Source: a virus
IMG/VR virus record: IMGVR_UViG_3300032053_011398
DNA length: 64,000 nt
Direction: 5' to 3' (one strand)
Shown: one piece after another, positions 54,131 through 63,144 of the stretch
How positions within the stretch are numbered: position 1 is the first letter of the stretch
How the letters are laid out: each line of letters starts with the position of its first letter
Position numbers and translations under genes: made by a program
Notes under the pieces: model-generated
What the model was told of the DNA's origin: nothing
Seen by the model: the letters and a program-made list of their open reading frames with translations, nothing else
The model's database searches: none

Positions 54131-55042
54131 CTACGCGGGCACATCGACGAAGGCATAGTGGCCAAGACTATCCACCGGGATGCCCATGCCGCTGTGGCCC
54201 CCGGCATACTTGGGCAGGCGCAGGAAGAAGGGCCGGTAGATCGGCTCCTGACCGTAACGCTTGCTGATATAGGACATGACTTCGTAGGATTCCCGATCCA
54301 GAAGCTTGCGTTCCGGCCCGCTTACGCTGCTCGCAACATCTTGGTGCCGCAGATGGGGATGCTCCAGATCGAGACAATTCTGCATTTGGCCATCCAGGTT
54401 GATCCCGCCAGCAAATCGCGCCCGGATCGTGTAATCACAGTGCTCCTCACCAAATTTTCCAAACCTAGCGTCGAAATAACCGATCTTGTCGAACACGGCG
54501 CGGGTCATCGACATCATCATGCCAGTCATCCGGGGCAACAATTTGACCATGTAGCCCCGCGAGTTGACGGTCATCCAGCGGTAGGTTTCCGGCAGGCCGG
54601 ATGCTGCCGGAGTTGCCACGGTGAAATCGCAGAAGCAGAACATGCCCACGCCCAGGTCTTCATGGCCGTGAGCGTAAAAGTTTACAAAATCTCCCAGGAC
54701 GTGGAGATCATCGTTCATGAGGCAAAGATGGTCATACTGCCCTTCTCCGAAAAGCTTCAGTATTCGATTACTATTGCCAGCCACACCCAGGTTAGTGCTG
54801 CCCAAGAAGACTCGGATGTTTGACCCTAAGTGTTTTCCATCCCACTCCTCGGCCAAAAGGTCTATCCGCGACGCCAACAACTTTGGAGTTGGACCCTTCA
54901 AAAATGTTTCCGTTCCGTCCCTTTGCCCATTATCCTCAACAATATGAATATCATAAGCCGAGCAGTGCTTTAACAGCCCAGAAAGCGTCTCTTTGAGCGC
55001 GTCAATGCGGTTGAAAGTCAGAATCGAAACAAGCGATTTCAT
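54131..55042 (-). CDS. Glycosyltransferase family 2
   Basis: SILTFNR, IVEDNG, NLGVAGNSN, LMNDD and IGYFDARFGKFGEEHCDYTIR. Confidence 0.85.
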   Translation of the reverse strand: MKSLVSILTFNRIDALKETLSGLLKHCSAYDIHIVEDNGQRDGTETFLKGPTPKLLASRIDLLAEEWDGKHLGSNIRVFLGSTNLGVAGNSNRILKLFGEGQYDHLCLMNDDLHVLGDFVNFYAHGHEDLGVGMFCFCDFTVATPAASGLPETYRWMTVNSRGYMVKLLPRMTGMMMSMTRAVFDKIGYFDARFGKFGEEHCDYTIRARFAGGINLDGQMQNCLDLEHPHLRHQDVASSVSGPERKLLDRESYEVMSYISKRYGQEPIYRPFFLRLPKYAGGHSGMGIPVDSLGHYAFVDVPA

Positions 55043-55422
55043 GCAGTGGGTGCAGCCTGCACAACCGAGGCAACGACGGCGGGGGCGACGGGAGTGGGGT
55101 CAGGGCTGCTGAAGAACCGCTTGAAGTTGTTCTGGATGGCGGATTTGAGTTCCTTGCCAACCTTGAAGCGGATGCCAGGGCGTGATGGGATGCGGACATC
55201 GCCCGCTTCGGGACGCTTTGGATTCCGCCCGACACGTTCCTTAGACATGCGGACTTCCCAAATGCCAAAGCCGCGAAATTCCACGCGACGGCCTGATGAT
55301 AGGGTGCTCTCGATTTGTTTGAGGAAAGCCTCAACGACGGTTTCAACGACCGCCTGCGACTGTTTGGTCGTGGCGGAGACAGCTTTGACGGCTCCGATTT
55401 TGGTTAATGTTTGATTGTTCAT
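55039..55422 (-). CDS. HU/IHF-like DNA-binding protein
   Basis: VEFRGFGIWEVR...RVGRNPK...IPSRPGIRFKVGKELK. Start ATG 55422. Confidence 0.9.
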   Translation of the reverse strand: MNNQTLTKIGAVKAVSATTKQSQAVVETVVEAFLKQIESTLSSGRRVEFRGFGIWEVRMSKERVGRNPKRPEAGDVRIPSRPGIRFKVGKELKSAIQNNFKRFFSSPDPTPVAPAVVASVVQAAPTA

Positions 55423-55424
55423 AA

Positions 55425-55817
55425 CTATTTTTGACCTGACAAGTAAGCTACTGCTATCCGAGCAGAAGCATTGGGCAGCATGGCGATGTCCGCGTGCATT
55501 TTTAGCACGAACCACGAACATCGGAAAACCAGGGAGATGAGCCAAACCAGCTTCAGGCTGATGCTGGCCAGTAAGACTGCGAGCAACACGGTCATCCGAG
55601 GCGTGCCCTCCGGGCTGGCCGGATGAAACAGGAACCAGAACCCAGTCACGATCCAGAGCGCCAAGAGGACGATGACCATGATCCAGTCGTAGGGCGTCCA
55701 CCAGCCTGCCTCTTTAAGCGCCTGCCATTGGGTCATCGGCTTTTCGATGATGACGGTGCCCTGGGGCTGGCTGGGCGCGAGCGGTGCCCCAGTTGGAGTT
55801 GGGATTGCGTCTGCCAT
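55425..55817 (-). CDS. Membrane protein (2 TM)
   Basis: Two long hydrophobic segments. Confidence 0.6.
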   Translation of the reverse strand: MADAIPTPTGAPLAPSQPQGTVIIEKPMTQWQALKEAGWWTPYDWIMVIVLLALWIVTGFWFLFHPASPEGTPRMTVLLAVLLASISLKLVWLISLVFRCSWFVLKMHADIAMLPNASARIAVAYLSGQK

Positions 55818-55818
55818 A

Positions 55819-57312
55819 CTATGCCTGTGTAAATGTTACCTGGGCGTGCGCCCGGATAAGGTTCATCGCTTCGGCAGCGTTCAGATCGTCTGGCAAACAC
55901 CAAGAGGACCGACCGCCCTTTTTGCCTGATTCCAGCTTTAGTGACGACTTGATTTCGTCAACCGGATTGATGAAGCGCAAGCGCAGAGGAGTGGTCTGCC
56001 TGCCGATGGAAAAGATCAACTGCATCCCCTCCGTTTTGAGCCGGTCTTTGTGCCGGTAGCACGTCTCGCCCTGGTGCATTACCCGGCGAAAGTTTTCATC
56101 CAAGAAAGCCAAGATTTCCTCCTCGCGCTCCGACTCCGCGAAGGCCGCATCGTTGATTGAGAGGGTGGGACGGATGATGGGCACGCGGGCATGGCGGGAA
56201 CCGAGCAGCTTATGGCTAATGGTAATTTCACCCAGGCCGAAGTTGGATGCCTTCAGCTCGCAACCCTCACGCAACCCGCAGTTGATACAGGAGCGGTGAT
56301 GCTTCTGGAACATGATTCCAAAGCACTTGAACCTGTCATTCCTGACCTCCGGCACCGGCACCCCGCACACCCGCATAGCTTCCTTGATGCCCTCGTTATC
56401 CTTGAAGCGATCAAACTGGTGCTGAGCTGCCAGCATCAGCGCCCGCTTGCGCGTGATGTCGTCGATGGTGCGCGGAATCTGCACGCCGAAAAATTGGAGT
56501 AGAGTCGCCATCGCCGCCGTCTGGCGCGGATCATCTTCGATGTGGGTCTTCATAAACAAACACTTTTTCTTGATATGGTTGTGGCAATTTTGGAATGACT
56601 CCACGCTGATGCCCAGGGCTTCGGCCATGTGCTCGTAGCGTATGCGTATCCGCAGCGGTTTGCCGGTGCGCTGACCGCGCTCCGCGTCTTGCCGGGCATA
56701 GAACAGGGTGTCTTCGCTGGGCGATAGCAGCTCCTCCAGCACAGCCTTTTCCACCTTCTTGAGTCGGGAAGCGACATGATCGACCAACTCCGCAAAGGCC
56801 ATCGCGTCGCAACCGGAATCAATGTCGGCAACCTGGAATCCAGCGTCAGGATCGTCGATGCGGATTTCCCGTGGCTTGGTAGAGACCGGGCTGAAGTTGT
56901 TGCGTTGATCCTTGGGCGGAGGTTTGATGCCGGTGCGCTTTTCCGTGAAGCGATGCTTCTGCACCAGGCTACAAATATGGTTGCGGAGGGCCGTTTTGTA
57001 TTGCTTGAAGTATTCGACCCGGTTCCGGCAACGGTTGAGCAGGCCCCGGCTTATCATCTCGCTGGTCTTGGCCCAGCACTCGGCTATCAAGTCTTCATAG
57101 TGAAGCTCGACGCAGGACTGATCGACATAGCCTGCAACGACCTTGTTAATCAAGTTTCCCATGTCATTGACCATCTCCTCATAAACGGGCGGGCGCAACT
57201 CGGCCTCGGCGAACACGAGGAACATGCGGTTCCGAGGAGCGGCAAAGCAGCCCAGTTCAATGCAGATGGGCGCAGGTGAGTTGCCCCTGACATCAATGGC
57301 TATGTGAATCAT
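55819..57312 (-). CDS. Sigma-factor-like protein with C-terminal extension
   Basis: Region-2-like YEDLIAECWAK...YFKQYKTALRNHICSL, region-4-like LKKVEKAVLE...YEHMAEALGIS, and a C-terminal CFG...CxxC...C cluster. Confidence 0.55.
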   Translation of the reverse strand: MIHIAIDVRGNSPAPICIELGCFAAPRNRMFLVFAEAELRPPVYEEMVNDMGNLINKVVAGYVDQSCVELHYEDLIAECWAKTSEMISRGLLNRCRNRVEYFKQYKTALRNHICSLVQKHRFTEKRTGIKPPPKDQRNNFSPVSTKPREIRIDDPDAGFQVADIDSGCDAMAFAELVDHVASRLKKVEKAVLEELLSPSEDTLFYARQDAERGQRTGKPLRIRIRYEHMAEALGISVESFQNCHNHIKKKCLFMKTHIEDDPRQTAAMATLLQFFGVQIPRTIDDITRKRALMLAAQHQFDRFKDNEGIKEAMRVCGVPVPEVRNDRFKCFGIMFQKHHRSCINCGLREGCELKASNFGLGEITISHKLLGSRHARVPIIRPTLSINDAAFAESEREEEILAFLDENFRRVMHQGETCYRHKDRLKTEGMQLIFSIGRQTTPLRLRFINPVDEIKSSLKLESGKKGGRSSWCLPDDLNAAEAMNLIRAHAQVTFTQA

Positions 57313-58327
57313 CGTCTCCATAAACTTCATACTCCCCGGATCGTCGTGGGTTTAGAACTTCGACCATTTCGTGGTAAAGGTCTTGCGCGGTTCGTGCATT
57401 CTTTCCGTGGCGCTCCCCAACTTCCGCAACGGAATCAGGGTCTTTGTCCCCGATTTCTACTTCATCAAAAATCTGTTTGGCTTCGACCAGCGCGGCCAGT
57501 TGGGCGATGGTCGGAATTTTGAACCGCATACCTCCATAATTGGCGCACAAATATTTGCCATGAACGGGCCAAGTGAATGGCGTATTGGGCATGTCGAACA
57601 GGCTTACGAAGTGGGTGTAGCTGTAGGCGGCTCGAACCAGGTCTTCTTCGGTGAAGGGCACTCGGATGCGGCGATACATTTGGTCGCGCAGGGCCACGAG
57701 CGCCCAAGAATAAAAAAATTTGGCCAGCTCTATCGAGATGCCGTAGGCGTAAGCCGCGCCCTTGACCGCCGCCTGCTTGTCGTGGTCTTCCTCCAGGATA
57801 CACTCAATCAGGAAGTGGATGGCACCGATCTCCTGGGGCGTGCCCCAGCGGCAGGTCAGGTTGGCCAACTTGGCGCGAACCTCCGTCGCCATGTCATGCT
57901 TATCGACTGCGTGATCCTCGGCCCCAAAGAACTTCTCCAAATTGTCGCTGGTGACGTGGTAGCGTTTACGAAACTGGTTTACCTTTACCAGCTCGCTGCG
58001 AAAGGCATTCTTGGCACATTTACTGAACCAAGCGAACAGCTTACCCTTTTTGCGCTGCCAGCGCAGCAGCCACTTCACCACCTTCTCCTGCGCGGCGGAT
58101 ACGAGGATGTCCAGATCAACCGTGTAATGGTAACCCTCGTGCTGAGCCAGCCGCTCGAACATTTGCGTCGAACCCACAATGATCTCCTCCAAGACAAGCA
58201 TGGCCTCCGTGTGCCTGCCCAGAGAATTAAGCTCCTTCCAGCGAAGAGCCAGCGGCTCCAAGTAGCTGGCCGGGAAAATGTGTTCCCCGGCAACCGCAGG
58301 AACGACCAGTGTGGGGTTTTTGGACAT
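57293..58327 (-). CDS. Phage sigma factor (T4 gp55-like region 2)
   Basis: DILVSAAQEKVVKWLLRWQRKKGKLFAWFSKCAKNAFRSEL, plus HTH-like segments. Confidence 0.6.
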   Translation of the reverse strand: MSKNPTLVVPAVAGEHIFPASYLEPLALRWKELNSLGRHTEAMLVLEEIIVGSTQMFERLAQHEGYHYTVDLDILVSAAQEKVVKWLLRWQRKKGKLFAWFSKCAKNAFRSELVKVNQFRKRYHVTSDNLEKFFGAEDHAVDKHDMATEVRAKLANLTCRWGTPQEIGAIHFLIECILEEDHDKQAAVKGAAYAYGISIELAKFFYSWALVALRDQMYRRIRVPFTEEDLVRAAYSYTHFVSLFDMPNTPFTWPVHGKYLCANYGGMRFKIPTIAQLAALVEAKQIFDEVEIGDKDPDSVAEVGERHGKNARTAQDLYHEMVEVLNPRRSGEYEVYGDDDSHSH

Positions 58328-59130
58328 CAGGACTTGAACTTCAACGGGTCGCAGGTATCCTGGTAATCCCGAACCAACTCATCGAGTTTTTTCTGCCGGT
58401 CTTCCGCATTTGGAAAGCGTTCGTAGTGTTCACTCATGTTGAGGGCGCTCAACAGGAGAGAGTATATAGACGATTGAACGCTGTAGTGTGGATATTTCGC
58501 TGGATCAAAGTCAGGCGGCAGCTTGAGCGGTTGCTTTTCGGGCGGTAACTCACTCTCCGGCAAGGTCGATTCCTCAATCGACTTGGGAGCTGTTTCCACC
58601 GGCGATACCGGCGTTACAGCCTTGACAGGTTTGGGCGGACCAGCAACCACCTTGACCTTCTTGACCAAAACGACTGCTGGCGGCGTAAGAGGAAGATGGG
58701 GTTCCTCCCTCTTAGCCACTGGTTTTTCGGGCGGTGGAGGCGGCGGAGTTTCGACAACTTCCGGCGCAGATTTGACCTTCTTGCGCTTCGGCTCAGCCGA
58801 TGGGGCCGAAGGAGGGTGATTGGGCGCGGACATCGCTCCCCCAGGGCGGTCGCCAAGACGCATCATGACACGAGCGGCCATTCGCAGCACGTCGTTGAGC
58901 GGAACCTTGTGGGCATCTTTGCCCTCGTTATGCAAAGCTTCGGTGATTTCGACCGCTTCCTTGCTGAAAAAGACTTTTTCTCCGAAGCGCGTCTCGATGG
59001 GATATGTTTTGGGGCCAAGCCTGCCGCAGATGGCAGGCTGGCTTTCCAGAATTCCCTGCACCCGCTCATACCGCATCGAAGTCGGCAGCTTGTTCTGCGG
59101 CTTCGTTTCGTTGGTCATCGTAGTATTCAT
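58327..59130 (-). CDS. Hypothetical protein with Pro/Lys-rich linker
   Basis: 267-aa ORF coupled to the sigma gene. Confidence 0.6.
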   Translation of the reverse strand: MNTTMTNETKPQNKLPTSMRYERVQGILESQPAICGRLGPKTYPIETRFGEKVFFSKEAVEITEALHNEGKDAHKVPLNDVLRMAARVMMRLGDRPGGAMSAPNHPPSAPSAEPKRKKVKSAPEVVETPPPPPPEKPVAKREEPHLPLTPPAVVLVKKVKVVAGPPKPVKAVTPVSPVETAPKSIEESTLPESELPPEKQPLKLPPDFDPAKYPHYSVQSSIYSLLLSALNMSEHYERFPNAEDRQKKLDELVRDYQDTCDPLKFKS

Positions 59131-59192
59131 ACGTCGCTGATTACCGATCTAGCGGGCCACTGATTTTTGTCCACACTTTTAAGTGAAAAAAG

Positions 59193-59690
59193 TTAAGCCC
59201 TCGGTTTCTGGTTCTCCGCGAACTGTTTAGCTGAGGTCTTCAATGCCTCCCGCATGTCCAAAAGGCACTCATTGTAGGCCCCAAAGTGGGCAACCGTGGC
59301 TGGAAACTCCTGAATCGTGGGTTTCCGTTTCTTCAGGACGATTTTGCCCTCCTTGTTCTTTTCCACGTTTATGGTCATGAGGGCGCGGTGTATGGCCGCG
59401 TTCTTTTTGATCTCATCCGCGTGCGTCCAAAAATAGTGGTCGCCCAGGATCAGGTAGGAGACTTCCGTCAACAGTTGAAGGACGGGTGAGAGCTTCACGC
59501 AACGGATGGCATCGGCTTCGCCGCCTGGCGGCGGAACATGCTCGCCTTCGTCGTTGGTGCGCGTCACCACCACGGAGCTGATTTTGATTTCCTGTTCACG
59601 GAGCGGATTGAACTCCACGAATCTAGTATTGTTTACAATCGCGTCCACATCTTCGGCGAACTTCTTATTGACTTCGTATTCGGTGTTCAT
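59193..59690 (-). CDS. Phage metallopeptidase-like protein (degenerate)
   Basis: YLILGDHYFW...KNAAIHRALMTI...PTIQEFPATVAHFGAY resembles the phage putative metallopeptidase family but lacks HExxH. Confidence 0.5.
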   Translation of the reverse strand: MNTEYEVNKKFAEDVDAIVNNTRFVEFNPLREQEIKISSVVVTRTNDEGEHVPPPGGEADAIRCVKLSPVLQLLTEVSYLILGDHYFWTHADEIKKNAAIHRALMTINVEKNKEGKIVLKKRKPTIQEFPATVAHFGAYNECLLDMREALKTSAKQFAENQKPRA

Positions 59691-61120
59691 AGGTCATCAT
59701 CGGCGACGCCGGGTATTGGTTGTTTTCGGCTGGCGCGGGTGGGACGAGGTTCGGGGTCGGCGTCAACGGCATCCTCCTTATCTTTCGCGTCTGGCTTGTA
59801 GAACTCACTCAACCCTTCGGTCTCGTAAGCCCGGCGCATAGCTACCTCCCATAACCGCTCCAGGTCGCTGCGGTGCGCCCTATAGAAGCTGATCCATTCG
59901 TAGCGTCCGTCGATGCCGGGGTCTTTCTGACGTTTTTGTTTACCCTCCTTCGGCTCCTCCAGCGTTACGTTTTCCGCAAAGGTCGTAGTCTCGACCTTGA
60001 ATTTGCGGAACAGGAAACTGATGGAGCCGTCGTCGCGGAGTTCGGCGACCTTGAGGAAACACATCGACTCCAGAAGGCTCAGCACGTTGTGCAAACCACC
60101 CTGCTCCTCATCGAACAGCAGCACCATGCGGGCCTCACGGCCCGGCTTACGGATGCGGTTCTTGACCGTGCGAAAGCCAATCAAATAGCCAGCCGGGAAC
60201 TGTGCCTCCTTGACCAGCGTGTATTTGATCGGGATTTGGAACATAAACACCCGATGACTGGAATAGAAACCCAGTGCCTTGCCGCCAAAGGTGGAGAAGT
60301 CACCCGCCTGGGGCGTGTTAAACCGTGCCCGATAGCCGCCGCCTTGCTGGAGGTCTTTGAACTTCGTTCGCACCTGGTTGGTGAAGATCGCGGCCACGTT
60401 ATGGCGGCTGACCTCGTTGACGATGCAGCGGAAGCCCAGGCTGATCTGCTGGGCCTGACGGGGGTAATCGCGCTCGCCCCATTCGCGCTCCAGCTCTTCT
60501 TTCGAGCTGGTGCCAGCGATAGTGTCCACCAGAAAGACGCCGAAAACGATGTGCCCAGTTTGCTCCTCGGCATTATACTTCTCGCGCCCCTTGATCTTCT
60601 CGATGAATATGTCCATGGCCTGGAAAATCTGATCCACCGTGTCGCACATCATGATGGCCGTCTTCATTGTGGTGCGCTCGATGACCTCCTTACCCTCGGC
60701 GTCATAGGCCACGTCCGTAATGGTCACCTTGAACCCTTTTTCCAGGGAGTGCTCGTTATCGACATAACACTTGATGACCTCGATCTTCTCCGGTTTGACC
60801 TGTTTGACCGTGTAGATGAAGCCCTCGCGGGAGACGACTTCATAGATGTGGCCTGTCTGGAACCGGCACATGGCCCGCACCATCATCGCGGTCTTGCCGC
60901 AATTTTCCAGGCCAAACACCTCGCTGATGCGCCCAAATGGGAAACCGCCCACGATGCGGTCGTAGGAGTCAACGCCGGTCAGAAGCACATACTTTACGTC
61001 GCCTAAGATGTCCTCGTCGGACATCACAATGTCGAACGTCGCCGCCCCTTCTTTTTTGGGGCGGCAACGCAACATCGAGGCGACGAAAGACTCTGTAAGG
61101 TCTTTCGGCATCTTGGCCAT
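59687..61120 (-). CDS. RecA/UvsX-like recombinase
   Basis: GGFPFGRISEVFGLENCGKT, VDNEHSL, VDTIA, IFTNQVR, FGGKALGFYSS and TVKNRI. Confidence 0.92.
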   Translation of the reverse strand: MAKMPKDLTESFVASMLRCRPKKEGAATFDIVMSDEDILGDVKYVLLTGVDSYDRIVGGFPFGRISEVFGLENCGKTAMMVRAMCRFQTGHIYEVVSREGFIYTVKQVKPEKIEVIKCYVDNEHSLEKGFKVTITDVAYDAEGKEVIERTTMKTAIMMCDTVDQIFQAMDIFIEKIKGREKYNAEEQTGHIVFGVFLVDTIAGTSSKEELEREWGERDYPRQAQQISLGFRCIVNEVSRHNVAAIFTNQVRTKFKDLQQGGGYRARFNTPQAGDFSTFGGKALGFYSSHRVFMFQIPIKYTLVKEAQFPAGYLIGFRTVKNRIRKPGREARMVLLFDEEQGGLHNVLSLLESMCFLKVAELRDDGSISFLFRKFKVETTTFAENVTLEEPKEGKQKRQKDPGIDGRYEWISFYRAHRSDLERLWEVAMRRAYETEGLSEFYKPDAKDKEDAVDADPEPRPTRASRKQPIPGVADDDL

Positions 61121-61123
61121 AGG

Positions 61124-62611
61124 TTATTGGCCTTTCTTGGTGATGCGATCCAAGCGGGCTTTGAGGTCGCTCGAACCACGAGTCGGGGGTGGGGACACGG
61201 CGGACGTGGCGGGCGGCTCCTCCACCTTTTCCTTCATTGGAGGAGCAGGGTCGCGGCGTTCTTCGGGCACGCCTTCCTCCTCTTCTACGCTGCTTTCAGC
61301 CTGGCGGCGAGCTGGGGGTGCGGGCGCATCATTTTCTTGCGGGGCCGGAGCCGAATGACGGGTTGGCGGAGCTGGAGCTTCTTCCTGGACTGGGGTGTTC
61401 CGGCGGGTCGGAGGAGCTGGAGCTTCGACGGAACGGCGGACAGGAGCCAAAGTGGCAGGCGCTTCCTCCTGGACGGCGGGAGCCTCGCGCCGGGCCGGAA
61501 CTTCCGCGCCTGGAATCTGGTCTTTCTCCAAGTCACGCTGGGTCACCGGCTTCTCAGGCCGGTCGTCTTCCTCGACTACGCGGCGGCGGGGAGGGGGAGC
61601 AGCGGAGCGGCTTTCCTCGCGGGCAGGAGCGCGACGGTCATCCTTGGCGGGCGCTTCGTCACGCGATGAGCGGCGGGTGCTCGGCGCTTCGTCGTTGCCG
61701 CCGGTGGAGCGGCTGGAACGAGTGCCGGGACGGTCGCTATCATCATCATCTTCGCCGGTGAAGCGGTTGCGGCGACCACCTCGGTCGTCATCCTCCTCAC
61801 CACGGCGGTATCCACCACGGCTGCCTCCGCTGTCGCGGGTGCGCGTGCGGCGACCACCGCCGCTTTCGGTGTCCTCCTCGAACTTGACGGCCATTTCCAG
61901 CAGTTGCCTCTCACTGGCGATGGTGATGGTCGGCTTGCGGAGACGCGCCCAAATCTTGCCAATCTTGGCGTCCCAATCCGGGTCTTTCGGGTCGAAGATG
62001 GGGCCGAGTTCCTGGCGATCCAAGCGCACACCTTTGGTCCCATGAGTTGCCAAGAGGTTACAACCGGTCTCCAAATCCAGCACGCCCAGCTCCGAGGGTT
62101 CACCGCCGCCCTTGCGGCGGGTTGTCGCCCAACGCTGATACTTTTTGAAGTCCTCCCAAGTGGTCTTATACATGTCGAACTCGTAAGGGTTCAACAGTTC
62201 CTCGTCGGGCATCTCCTCGATCTTTCCACGAGCGTCTTCCTTGTCGAACACCACGCACCAAACGCGGTAGCGCAGGACGCAACGTGCCTGGTAGCCCAGG
62301 TCACGGATGGCGTCGTCTCCGCTTTCGTTCAGGCGCTCCGACAGTTCACAGATCGGACAGGGCGCGTTAGAATTTCCGCCGAAAGCTTTCTGCGTGTAAA
62401 CCGGACAAGTGACCGGCCTATTGTTCCGCCAATGCTGGGCCAGCCGAGCGTAAAACATGCCGTCCGCCCCGAAGGTGACCGGCAGCAGCCGGAGGTTCCA
62501 GGTGTGGTTGTTCTCGATTTTAACCCGACGCGCAGTTTTGGTGAGGAGCGACACACTCCGTTCGTCCTCCTCCATATACTTCCACATCGCCGATGGTTTA
62601 ATATCACTCAT
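61124..62611 (-). CDS. Single-stranded DNA-binding protein (gp32-like) with long disordered tail
   Basis: LRLLP, QHW...TCP...PCPICE Zn site and LDLETGCNL. Adjacent to RecA. Confidence 0.75.
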   Translation of the reverse strand: MSDIKPSAMWKYMEEDERSVSLLTKTARRVKIENNHTWNLRLLPVTFGADGMFYARLAQHWRNNRPVTCPVYTQKAFGGNSNAPCPICELSERLNESGDDAIRDLGYQARCVLRYRVWCVVFDKEDARGKIEEMPDEELLNPYEFDMYKTTWEDFKKYQRWATTRRKGGGEPSELGVLDLETGCNLLATHGTKGVRLDRQELGPIFDPKDPDWDAKIGKIWARLRKPTITIASERQLLEMAVKFEEDTESGGGRRTRTRDSGGSRGGYRRGEEDDDRGGRRNRFTGEDDDDSDRPGTRSSRSTGGNDEAPSTRRSSRDEAPAKDDRRAPAREESRSAAPPPRRRVVEEDDRPEKPVTQRDLEKDQIPGAEVPARREAPAVQEEAPATLAPVRRSVEAPAPPTRRNTPVQEEAPAPPTRHSAPAPQENDAPAPPARRQAESSVEEEEGVPEERRDPAPPMKEKVEEPPATSAVSPPPTRGSSDLKARLDRITKKGQ

Positions 62612-62638
62612 AGATAGTCTTTCAATCGTTATTTTTGT

Positions 62639-63142
62639 TTACTGCGATGGCTCGTCATCAATCGTCTTCCGGCGCGTAGCCTCGGACGAACGCATGGCCT
62701 GCAACTTCAGCCGCAGGTTCTCCATCGTCTCCGACAATCGAACCACGTAACTCTTTAGAACGGCATAGCGATGCCATGCGTCGTAGAGTTCCTGATCCTG
62801 GGCTAAAACGGATTGCACGGTAGTTTCGGTCATCTTATCGGCATAAAGCGTGCCCCAGTCTTGACGGAGTTTCATGAGCTTTTCACCGGCCAGCCACTCT
62901 GCGTCCTTCTTCGCATCGTGCATGGTGATGCTGAATTTCTGGATGTGGTCGTTGATCTCCTCCATGACGCATGGCAACTCGGTCGCAGCCAGACCGAAGT
63001 CAAGGCTGTATTGCTTTTTGAACCAGTGATCCACGTCCAACTTCAACTCCGCGTTGTCGATGGCGATAAGGATGGGCGTTTTCGGGTCGAGTTTTGGCTC
63101 GTGGATTGGTGCGGATGGTTTATTGACGGGTTCGCGTGCCAT
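62639..63142 (-). CDS. UvsY-like recombination mediator
   Basis: Helical, KMTETTVQSVL...LKLQAMRS. Next to SSB and RecA. Confidence 0.5.
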   Translation of the reverse strand: MAREPVNKPSAPIHEPKLDPKTPILIAIDNAELKLDVDHWFKKQYSLDFGLAATELPCVMEEINDHIQKFSITMHDAKKDAEWLAGEKLMKLRQDWGTLYADKMTETTVQSVLAQDQELYDAWHRYAVLKSYVVRLSETMENLRLKLQAMRSSEATRRKTIDDEPSQ

Positions 63143-63144
63143 AA

